The notes beneath the pieces are model-generated. The model had not been told where the DNA came from and searched no databases. It worked only from the letters and a program-made list of their open reading frames with translations. Position numbers and translations under genes: made by a program. A stretch of DNA of 64,000 nucleotides from Parcubacteria group bacterium M10-OD1-1 (GTDB lineage Bacteria; Patescibacteriota; Minisyncoccia; Moranbacterales; UBA2206): contig LSNL01000006.1 in the NCBI GenBank assembly GCA_003056145.1, positions 6,119-70,118 on the forward strand, given 5' to 3'. Of the stretch, positions 1 through 7,646 are shown in pieces. The stretch's first letter is position 1; each line of letters opens with the position of its first letter.

Positions 1-284
1 CTCATCTTTAAGATTTTAGGTTTACCGACGCTAGGAGGCAGTAAGAAAATTTTGGCTAATGTTTGCGTATATCTGAAGTTTACTTGTAGCGGAGCGGAAA
101 GTAAATTTGGGTGGAGGCTTTTGTATAAAAGCCGTAACCAGATATACGCTGTTAGCTGATGCATTCCTTTTCTTTTGTTTTCTGATAAGAAAACTTATTT
201 TAAAAAATTTTCAAATTTCTTTTTCTGTTTTGGGCGGAGGGCAGAGGGGAATTGAAGGGGTGAATGCCCGTAGCCCAAAACTCC

Positions 285-947
285 TTATTCTTTTACTTTT
301 ATTCCCAAAGAAACTACGTCTTTCATTAATTTTTCAGGTATTGGAGATAAAAGACGTATCTCTTTTTCATAACCTTTTACTATTTCCTCTCCCTCTTTTA
401 TAATTTGATTTAGTGATGGAATTGAATCAATTTCTAAATCAGCTTTTTCGTAGGTCGGCAATTGATTTTTTTGTCTTTTTTCATTTGTTTCAAAATATTT
501 TTTAAAATTGCTTGAATTAACCAAGCCCCAAATTAAACTTTCATAGAAATATACTTCTAAAACGTGTTGAAAATCCCTATGTTTTAATTGTTTCATGCTC
601 ATCACATCGCTACTTTTAGAAATTTTAACAGGCTTGACGGCTCCTCTAGGATTATCATCATTACCTCTTTCAGCCCATTGCTTTTTTAAATTGTTTACTT
701 CTTCGCTAATATCTAATGACTCTTCACTTTCCCAGTTAGTATCCCGAAACATTGTAGTAATAATCTGTAGAGCTAAATTTGGGCGACATGCACCAATACT
801 TGAGGCCCAGTCAATCATTTGGTCAATTGTAGAATCAAGAACAATACTATTAACAATGGCTTCTGAGTTAAATAGACTACGTCTTCTCGGCCACCCCATA
901 TGACCTAAAAGACCGACAACATAATAAAATCCAAAAATTGATGACAT
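285..947 (-). CDS. hypothetical protein (220 aa), no recognisable domain; sits in the accessory region next to the recombinase
   Basis: Long intact ORF, same strand and direction as the neighbouring accessory genes. No family recognised by eye. Confidence 0.4.
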   Translation of the reverse strand: MSSIFGFYYVVGLLGHMGWPRRRSLFNSEAIVNSIVLDSTIDQMIDWASSIGACRPNLALQIITTMFRDTNWESEESLDISEEVNNLKKQWAERGNDDNPRGAVKPVKISKSSDVMSMKQLKHRDFQHVLEVYFYESLIWGLVNSSNFKKYFETNEKRQKNQLPTYEKADLEIDSIPSLNQIIKEGEEIVKGYEKEIRLLSPIPEKLMKDVVSLGIKVKE

Positions 948-1028
948 ATTTTTTAAGTTAATTTATTTGCACTCTCCTTTGCCCCTCTCTATAAAAAGAA
1001 AAATAAAATTTGTTCATTTTTTGCAAAA

Positions 1029-1868
1029 TTATTGTAATTTTTTTATTTTCTTGTTTTGTAAACTTTTTGCATTCTTTGCAGAGATAGCACTCTTTCCTGT
1101 TTTTTGTTCAATATCTTTCCTTGCTTTTTTAGCTGTATCACCACCCTTTTTAGCAATTTTTTTGCTTTCTAAAAAAGTTTTTGGTTGTTTTTCTTTAGAA
1201 ATTTCTGTTGTTGATACTTCAGCAAGCATATTTAAAACTAATTCAAGGTTTGTCATATTATCCCTCAGGTTTTGTTTTTTGAGACTTTTGAATTTTTTGT
1301 AAGACTTAACACTTTTTCCAGACCATGCTTTTGTGATTTCATCAGTCAAAATGGCAAATTCCAAGCCTTCTTTTACTCCTCTTTCTTGCCATTCATCTGT
1401 AAGTTCTTTACGAACTTCAATTGTTTTGAGTCTTTGATTAATCCATTCTTTAGAATATCCCTTTTTGAGATATGTTTGCATAGCCCTATCAATTGCTAAT
1501 TCTGGATCTTCGGTTTCTTCAATCCTTTCATAACCGACTTTTGCTAACCAAAGCTTAAAAGGCTCTGCTTTTGGTGAAGGAATTGACTGAATAAGCCTTA
1601 AAAGTGATTCTGTCTCAGCTACATCTGTAATCCTCATTTTTCCGTCGTTTGCCATTAATTTCAAACGGCTACAATTTGTAGCCACTTCACTACCTTCTTT
1701 TTTTAACCTTGTTTTCAATACACTCCAATATTTTCTTGGGTTTGCACTTTCTGTTAAAATTCCAATAACATCAATGATTGAAAAATACCAAAGTTCTTTA
1801 TTTTCATCCCAATGACGACGAACTTGTTTTTCATGAAAAAGTACAATTGAAGTATCTTTTTTAGTCAT
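1029..1868 (-). CDS. Bro-N / DinD-like (DNA-damage-inducible protein D family) protein with a Lys-rich C-terminal tail
   Basis: N-terminal region (WYFSIIDVIGILTES...YWSVLKTRLKKEG...SRLKL...ITDVAETESLLRLIQSIPSPKAEPFKLWLAKVGYERI) matches the Bro-N/DinD fold pattern typical of phage and mobile-element genes. Confidence 0.6.
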   Translation of the reverse strand: MTKKDTSIVLFHEKQVRRHWDENKELWYFSIIDVIGILTESANPRKYWSVLKTRLKKEGSEVATNCSRLKLMANDGKMRITDVAETESLLRLIQSIPSPKAEPFKLWLAKVGYERIEETEDPELAIDRAMQTYLKKGYSKEWINQRLKTIEVRKELTDEWQERGVKEGLEFAILTDEITKAWSGKSVKSYKKFKSLKKQNLRDNMTNLELVLNMLAEVSTTEISKEKQPKTFLESKKIAKKGGDTAKKARKDIEQKTGKSAISAKNAKSLQNKKIKKLQ

Positions 1869-2260
1869 ATTTTTAAAATATTATTACCTTAATGTTATAC
1901 TTATATTATACTAAAAAACTATGTTTTTACAATTTATGAATAATCATTTTTTGCGGAGGTACGAAGCAAAAAATATCCGCTTATCCCCTTTATAAATAAA
2001 AGAAAAAGAAATTTGAAAATTTTTTAAAACAATTGGGCGATAGCCCAGAAAAGAAAAGGGATATTTCAGCTAACATCAGGATTATGAGAAGTTTTTGCGT
2101 AGCAAAAATTTGGGTGTAAGAAACTGCAAGTTTCTGGAACCTCATAATCCTTGTTATATTTCCCAAAGGGCTAAAATTTAGTGCAACGTTCCGAAGGAAA
2201 ATTTTAGAGTTTTACATTTAAGAACATATATTAAATATCGACCGAAGGGAGTCAATAATT

Positions 2261-2278
2261 AGAAAAGCCCACCAAAAC
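2261..2278. repeat. left arm of a perfect 18-bp inverted repeat (AGAAAAGCCCACCAAAAC)
   Basis: Exact reverse complement of 2698-2715; the pair tightly brackets ORF 2281-2667. Confidence 0.8.
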
Positions 2279-2280
2279 GT

Positions 2281-2667
2281 CTAATTAGATTCCATAACTG
2301 ATTTTAATTTTTGTATAATATCTTCAGTAAATGGATTGCTCAATTCTCCGTTTTCCATCCATTCAAAATATTCCATTTCTGTCTGGCTATCGCTCAATTT
2401 ACAATAAGTATATCTGACATGATAATTGCCATCTAAATCAGTTAATGTGAATATTTTATTTTCTTGAAAATCTACAACTTTATAGAAATCCCAATCAGAA
2501 TTATCTCCTCTATTTTTATATTGAGTTCCAATTTTTGGAGGATATTCTTCTGCAACTTCTTCTGAAATTGAAGGAATCCATAAATGAGTATTTTTGGGAT
2601 TTGTTGTAAATTCAAAAACTTCTTCAATTGGCTTATTTATGATGATTGTGATTTTATTTTCTTGCAT
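2281..2667 (-). CDS. SRPBCC (START/Bet v1/polyketide-cyclase-like) family small protein
   Basis: 128-aa ORF; N-terminus (IIINKPIEEVFEFTTNPKNTHLW) is typical of the SRPBCC/Polyketide_cyc2 family. Confidence 0.55.
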   Translation of the reverse strand: MQENKITIIINKPIEEVFEFTTNPKNTHLWIPSISEEVAEEYPPKIGTQYKNRGDNSDWDFYKVVDFQENKIFTLTDLDGNYHVRYTYCKLSDSQTEMEYFEWMENGELSNPFTEDIIQKLKSVMESN

Positions 2668-2697
2668 ATAAAATATAGAATTTCAAACATATATAAA

Positions 2698-2715
2698 GTT
2701 TTGGTGGGCTTTTCT
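2698..2715. repeat. right arm of the 18-bp inverted repeat (GTTTTGGTGGGCTTTTCT)
   Basis: Reverse complement of 2261-2278. Lies 30 nt upstream of the SRPBCC start codon and ~105 nt from the recombinase start. Confidence 0.8.
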
Positions 2716-2820
2716 TCGTTCTTAAATGTAAAATTGAATATAACTGGTTTTTATCCAAACTCTATGTCCATATTGTAACAATATCTTGTATGTTATGCAA
2801 ACTTTTGTTATTCTTTGGAT

Positions 2821-3636
2821 ATGAGCGATATTTTGGAGAAAACCGACAGATTATTGCGATTACGCAACTATTCTCCCAAAACCCGTAAAGCATACTTGCT
2901 TTACATTAAAGATTATATCGGGTTTGCTAAAAAATCTGGAATCAAAGATAAACAAAAAGCAATTGAGGATTTTTTGCTTGATAAACAGAAAGGCAAACAG
3001 TCCCCACAAACAATCAATCTTGCACTTAGTGCTGTGAAATTTTTGTATGTAGAGGTTTTAAAGAATCCTCAAAAGATTGATCTAAAATTTGCTAAACGAA
3101 GCAAGAAACTGCCGATTGTATTGTCGCGAGCAGAAATTGAGCGGATTATTGAAGTGACTGATAACCCAAAGTATAAACTCATGATATCCCTCGGGTATGC
3201 CTGTGGTATGAGAGTTAGCGAAGTGACAAAACTTCAAGTGGCAGATTTAGACATTGCTGAACTTGTTGTACATATTAAGGGTGCAAAAGGTAAGAAAGAC
3301 AGAATCAGTGTATTACCAGAAAAACTACAAGACGATTTGAGAAATATTATCGCTGGTAAAAAAGTGTATGATTTTATTTTTCCTTCCAATCGTGGAGGTA
3401 ATCTCACAACGACATCTTTGCAAAAAATGTTTCGTAAAAGTTTGGCAAAGGCACAAATTAGCAAGCCTGCAACCTTCCATTCTTTGCGCCATTCATTCGC
3501 TACACATTTGCTGGAAAACGGAACAGATGTGCGATATGTACAAGAATTGCTAGGGCACTCGAATATTCGCACTACGCAAATTTATACACAAGTTACAAAT
3601 CCCAAATTAAAGAATATTAAAAGTCCGCTAAAATAA
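2821..3636 (+). CDS. tyrosine site-specific recombinase / phage-integrase family (XerC/D-like)
   Basis: N-terminal SAM-like core-binding region; C-terminal catalytic region with R...HSLRHSFATHLL...GH...TQIYTQV (R-H-R-H-Y). Likely start is ATG 2821; the ORF track opens at TTG 2815. Confidence 0.85.
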   Translation: MSDILEKTDRLLRLRNYSPKTRKAYLLYIKDYIGFAKKSGIKDKQKAIEDFLLDKQKGKQSPQTINLALSAVKFLYVEVLKNPQKIDLKFAKRSKKLPIVLSRAEIERIIEVTDNPKYKLMISLGYACGMRVSEVTKLQVADLDIAELVVHIKGAKGKKDRISVLPEKLQDDLRNIIAGKKVYDFIFPSNRGGNLTTTSLQKMFRKSLAKAQISKPATFHSLRHSFATHLLENGTDVRYVQELLGHSNIRTTQIYTQVTNPKLKNIKSPLK

Positions 3637-3641
3637 ATCTT

Positions 3642-4553
3642 ATGGAAAATATTTCCGACATTAAAAAAAAATACCGAGACAAATTAGATTCATTAGATCT
3701 AGAAGTTTTAATTGCACACGCAATTGGAAAATCGCGAGAAGTCGTACTCACTCACCCTGAATATATACTAACACCAAATCAAAAATTAAGAATTAATAAC
3801 TATATAGAGAGAAGAATTAAAAACGAACCTGTTGCCTATATTACCAAACATAAGGAATTTTTTGGATTGGATTTTACAGTCACTCCAAACACCCTTATTC
3901 CCCGTCCAGAAACAGAATTGCTTGTAGAAAAAACATTGGAAGAAATTTTAACATTTCACAATCAATCTTCAATAATCAATATCATTGATGTCGGCACTGG
4001 AAGTGGAAATATAATCATTTCAATTGTCGATAACCTAGCTTCTAATTTTCGCAAAAATTATAGATGTAAAGATAAAAATAAAAAAATTAAATTTTATGGA
4101 ATTGATATTTCAAAAGATGCATTACAAGTTGCGAAACAAAATGCAAAAAAAAATAATTTACAAAGTGAAATAAAATTTATTGAATCCAACTTATTGGAAT
4201 ATTTTTTAAAAAATAAAATTTATAAAGTTCATCATCTTATTCTTACTGCAAACCTCCCCTATTTATCCAAAGATATTTATGAGTCATCTATGGTTGATGT
4301 AAAAAAATATGAACCTAAGTCTGCACTCATTAGCAACCAGAATGGACTAAGTCATTATGCAAAACTTATCAGTGAAATAAAAAAACTTAAAAAATATTCT
4401 AAAATAAATTCTATTTCTTGCTTTATAGAAATAAGCCCTGAGCAAAAAAACGAGATTAAAAAAATAATACTAAATTATTTTCCGAAAGGTAAACTAAACT
4501 TTAAAAAAGATTTGTCTGGTAAATGTCGTGTAGTGATTATTAAAATAAATTAA
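3642..4553 (+). CDS. prmC: release-factor glutamine N5-methyltransferase PrmC/HemK
   Basis: FFGLDFTVTPNTLIPRPETE, SAM motif IIDVGTGSGNI, and the (N/D)PPY-type motif as TANLPY. Confidence 0.8.
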   Translation: MENISDIKKKYRDKLDSLDLEVLIAHAIGKSREVVLTHPEYILTPNQKLRINNYIERRIKNEPVAYITKHKEFFGLDFTVTPNTLIPRPETELLVEKTLEEILTFHNQSSIINIIDVGTGSGNIIISIVDNLASNFRKNYRCKDKNKKIKFYGIDISKDALQVAKQNAKKNNLQSEIKFIESNLLEYFLKNKIYKVHHLILTANLPYLSKDIYESSMVDVKKYEPKSALISNQNGLSHYAKLISEIKKLKKYSKINSISCFIEISPEQKNEIKKIILNYFPKGKLNFKKDLSGKCRVVIIKIN

Positions 4554-4595
4554 TCTTAGCTTAGTTAAAATCATTAGGTTGGAATTACCTAGAAT

Positions 4596-4631
4596 AAAGC
4601 AAAAACCGTAAAATTTTACGGTTTTTGCTTT
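4596..4631. terminator. bidirectional rho-independent terminator
   Basis: Perfect palindrome AAAGCAAAAACCGTAAAATTTTACGGTTTTTGCTTT with A/T runs on both sides. Lies between convergent prmC (+) and the lysine-rich gene (-). Confidence 0.7.
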
Positions 4632-4709
4632 ATTTAATAGTAACTTTGTACTAAAAATAATCTTCAACTTAATAATTTTATTATTTCATTGAATCAACTT
4701 TCTAAAAGA

Positions 4710-4937
4710 TTATTTTTTTCGTCTTTTAGCAGTAGTTCTTTTAGCTGGTTTTCTTTTTGTAGTTTTCTTTACAGTTTTTTTAGCTGGTTTTCTTTTTGTA
4801 GTTTTCTTTACAGTTTTTTTAGCTGGTTTTCTTTTTGTAGTTTTCTTTACAACTTTTTTAGCTGGTTTTCTTCTTGTAGTTTTCTTTACAACTTTTTTAG
4901 CTGGTTTTCTTTTTGTAGTTTTCTTTTTAGTTGCCAT
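4710..4937 (-). CDS. lysine-rich histone-H1-like / Hc-like small basic DNA-binding protein (repeat K-R-K-P-A-K-K-x-V-K-K-T-T)
   Basis: Minus-strand ORF of 13-aa basic repeats. Strong SD (GAGGTGA) sits 8 nt upstream of ATG 4937 (MATKKK...). The plus-strand ORF 4689-5036 is a low-complexity mirror artefact. Confidence 0.6.
   Translation of the reverse strand: MATKKKTTKRKPAKKVVKKTTRRKPAKKVVKKTTKRKPAKKTVKKTTKRKPAKKTVKKTTKRKPAKRTTAKRRKK
4735..4930. repeat. about five tandem copies of a 39-nt unit (tagctggttttctttttgtagttttctttacagttttttt)
   Basis: Directly visible tandem periodicity. It encodes the 13-aa basic repeat of the histone-like protein. Confidence 0.85.
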
Positions 4938-5399
4938 AATTATCACCTCGCTTTCTATTTTTATTTTTTTAAACTGAGCTTTGTATTCTCTATTAAGAAT
5001 ATTTTTGTTTTTGTTTTCGACCTATTGTTTATTTAAATTATATCTTATTTGTATTTTATTGCAATAGAAAAATTATCCACAGTTCAAAAAAAGAAACTAA
5101 AGAAATTATTCTTAAAAAAATTTCAGAGAAAAAATATTCTTCAGCTATTTTAATGATTTTTATTTTATATTTTATATTTAATTACTAAAAATTTTAGCTA
5201 CTGCTCAAAAGAACTTTTTATATTAAAACCTAATCTTAATGTTTGTCTAGTTGACGACTTGGCTAACTTTGATAAAATTCACTATAAGAAGCCTCAAAGG
5301 CAATCGCTTCAACGCAAGCACATTAAAAATTCCGTTTTAAACGGCTCAGCTTTCATAGTTGAGAATAATAAACTAAAGATAGAAAGGAAGGTGAAAAAT

Positions 5400-6059
5400 A
5401 TGGAAAATAATGAAGAAAAAAACAAGGATAATTCGAAACAAGAAACAGCAACAACTGATGAAATAACTCGAGGTAATTGGAAAAACTGGCTTCAAGATAA
5501 TTTAAGAATTATTATCAGTGTCCTAATCGTAGTCTTAATCGCTGGAGGAATTTATTCTTATTCTAAAAGATCTGCAACACCAGCTAATAAAGAAGTTACT
5601 CAAAAAAGTGAACACCAGAAAGACAATATCAAAAAAGATGAGAACAATAATACAATCAAAGAAAAAAAGCAAGAAAAGAAATCTACCACTACGAAGAAAA
5701 ATACTGCCGTGAAAAAATCTTCTATTCAGAAGACATCTTCAATTACGACTAGCCAAGAAACTGAGCAATCATTCATTGAAGTAGCTGGTAAAGGAGATAG
5801 TCAAACTACCTTAGCCAGAGCAGCTTTGGCACATTATCTAGAAAAAAATTCTGACTCCAGTTTGACAGCTGAACATAAAATTTATATTGAAGATTATTTA
5901 CGAAAAGCTGTTCATCATCAAGGAAGAATTTACATCGGAACCTCTGTGGAATTTTCTAAAAACTTACTTAAACAAGCCATTGCTAAATCTAAGACTCTGA
6001 CTGCTCATCAATTAAAAAATTTACACCAGTATGCTGTTCGCGTACCATCATTATCCTAA
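5400..6059 (+). CDS. hypothetical membrane-anchored protein (single TM, Lys/Thr-rich linker, conserved C-terminal domain)
   Basis: The ORF track opens at TTG 5259; ATG 5400 preceded by AGGAAGGTG is the more plausible start. TM helix IIISVLIVVLIAGGIY. Confidence 0.45.
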   Translation: MENNEEKNKDNSKQETATTDEITRGNWKNWLQDNLRIIISVLIVVLIAGGIYSYSKRSATPANKEVTQKSEHQKDNIKKDENNNTIKEKKQEKKSTTTKKNTAVKKSSIQKTSSITTSQETEQSFIEVAGKGDSQTTLARAALAHYLEKNSDSSLTAEHKIYIEDYLRKAVHHQGRIYIGTSVEFSKNLLKQAIAKSKTLTAHQLKNLHQYAVRVPSLS

Positions 6060-6145
6060 AATAGAACTTTCAAAGTAACTATTTTAAAAAATAACTCTGT
6101 TGTTCTTTCACTGAAATAAGTATAATATTACTATCTTTCAATAGC

Positions 6146-6174
6146 AAAAGCTCCGATTAAATCGGAGCTTTTGT
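6146..6174. terminator. bidirectional hairpin terminator
   Basis: AAAAGCTCCGATTAAATCGGAGCTTTTG between convergent genes 5400-6059 (+) and 6196-6624 (-). Confidence 0.6.
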
Positions 6175-6195
6175 GTTAAAAAAATAAATCACACC

Positions 6196-6624
6196 TTACC
6201 AAATCTTAACTTCATCACCAATCTTAAAATTATATTGACTGCTATTCTCCGCTTTTATTTCCAAAACTTCTTGAGCCAAAACTGGCGGTTTGATTATTTT
6301 AATTGAATTTTTAGAAACATTTTTAACTAAATAGACTATTCTTCCATTATTAATCCAAATAATATCTAAATTGAACTGCATCTCTTTCATCCAAAAATCA
6401 TAATGACCAGCTTGAGAAAATTTAAAAAGCATCGCGCAATGAGAACAAATATTTTTTCTTCCTCCTAATCCTCTAATTTGTTCTTGCTTGCTTAAGGCGA
6501 CTTTAGCAATAAAAACTTTTCCTTGAATATTAACTATCTTAAAGTAAGAACCATTTAAAAAAATAATAGCAATCAACACAATTAAAATTGTAATGTAATA
6601 TTTTTTTTGTTTCAGGAACGACAT
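6196..6624 (-). CDS. DUF192-family secreted/periplasmic protein
   Basis: N-terminal TM/signal, then RGLGGR...MLFKF...FWMKEM.F.LDIIW pattern typical of DUF192. Confidence 0.55.
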   Translation of the reverse strand: MSFLKQKKYYITILIVLIAIIFLNGSYFKIVNIQGKVFIAKVALSKQEQIRGLGGRKNICSHCAMLFKFSQAGHYDFWMKEMQFNLDIIWINNGRIVYLVKNVSKNSIKIIKPPVLAQEVLEIKAENSSQYNFKIGDEVKIW

Positions 6625-7646
6625 TTTTTTAAATAGTTTATTTTTTTTCTAATTAACACCAGACTTATAATAACAGCCAAGACCGCTAATATGAGAGTAA
6701 TTCCTTTTCCAATCGCTCTAGTATTTAAAGCAATAACCGCAATAATTGAGGTTACAACTAAATAACTATTAACAATTTTTTTCTGTGACCAGCCAAGTTC
6801 CATTAATTTATAATGTAAGTGATTTTTATCAGGTTTAAAAATTGATTTATGGCTTTCAATTCTTTCTCCGATGACCCAAATAAAATCTACCATCGGAATT
6901 ACTAAAACTAAAAGAGCAGTTGCAATTTTTGTTCCAGCGAAAATTGCTAAAACTGCTAAAGAGAATCCCATAAACATAGCTCCAGGAGTCCCTGCTAATA
7001 TTTTAGAAGGGTAAAAATTGAAAATAAAAAAACCTAAGATTGTACCAATTAAAATAACACTAATAATTGCCACTGGAGGTTGATTGACTTCTGGTTTTAA
7101 GCTAAGAAAAAATATCGTGCCTAAGGTAATTAAAGTAATCCCACTCGCCAAACCATCAATTCCATCAGCCCAGTTAATAGCATTCATACTTAAGACTAAC
7201 CATGAAACAACTAAGGCTACAGCTATCAAAACATAGAAACCAGTATCTAAATTTATAATTCCTCCTGTTAAAGGGTTGGTAATATAATAAATTCTTACTC
7301 CCATTATAAAAACAAAAACTGCTAAAGCAATTTGAAAAAATAATTGGGTTTTCCAAAATAGCTCTTTCAAATCATCCCAAATACCAACTATCAACAAAGC
7401 GACTGTACCAAGCATAAAACCAACTAGCTCAGTGGTTAAAACTAAATTTTTATTGAGAAGAATAACTAAATTGAAAACTAACACTAAAGCAATCCCACCA
7501 AATCTTGAAACTCCAATTTGATGAATATGTCTTGAAGAATTTCTATTGTTCCAAATTTTCTTTTTAAATAATTGAACTAATAAAATCATTGTCGCCACTG
7601 AAAGCGCAAAAGAAATAAAGAATGGATTTAAATATTGAGTTATCAT
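6612..7646 (-). CDS. glycosyltransferase family 4 polyprenyl-phosphate sugar-1-P transferase (WecA/Rfe/MraY superfamily, WecA-like)
   Basis: Polytopic membrane protein with IWDDLKEL and NAINWADGIDGLASGI motifs. Lacks the MraY PTMGG signature, so WecA-like is favoured. Confidence 0.75.
   Translation of the reverse strand: MITQYLNPFFISFALSVATMILLVQLFKKKIWNNRNSSRHIHQIGVSRFGGIALVLVFNLVILLNKNLVLTTELVGFMLGTVALLIVGIWDDLKELFWKTQLFFQIALAVFVFIMGVRIYYITNPLTGGIINLDTGFYVLIAVALVVSWLVLSMNAINWADGIDGLASGITLITLGTIFFLSLKPEVNQPPVAIISVILIGTILGFFIFNFYPSKILAGTPGAMFMGFSLAVLAIFAGTKIATALLVLVIPMVDFIWVIGERIESHKSIFKPDKNHLHYKLMELGWSQKKIVNSYLVVTSIIAVIALNTRAIGKGITLILAVLAVIISLVLIRKKINYLKKCRS

Noticed and set aside
107-1499. 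Several plus-strand ORFs (107-403, 595-903, 967-1302, 1272-1499) and similar antisense ORFs elsewhere (e.g. 16250-16537, 30493-30801, 33629-34030, 49892-50224, 53465-54061)
   Set aside because: Each lies entirely within, and antisense to, a longer ORF with recognisable homology. AT-rich genomes generate many such shadow ORFs.
2261-3636. Classical integron (intI plus attC cassettes)
   Set aside because: The recombinase is only ~270 aa, with no sign of the IntI-specific insertion. The repeats are perfect 18-bp IRs rather than long imperfect attC palindromes. The divergent-cargo arrangement is noted, but an inverton or mini-element fits better.
4689-5036. 115-aa plus-strand ORF (FSWFSFCSFLY repeats) overlapping the lysine-rich gene
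   Set aside because: It is the mirror reading of the 39-nt tandem repeats. The minus-strand frame has a strong SD and a terminator and encodes a biologically sensible basic protein; the plus-strand frame is Phe/Ser/Cys low-complexity text.
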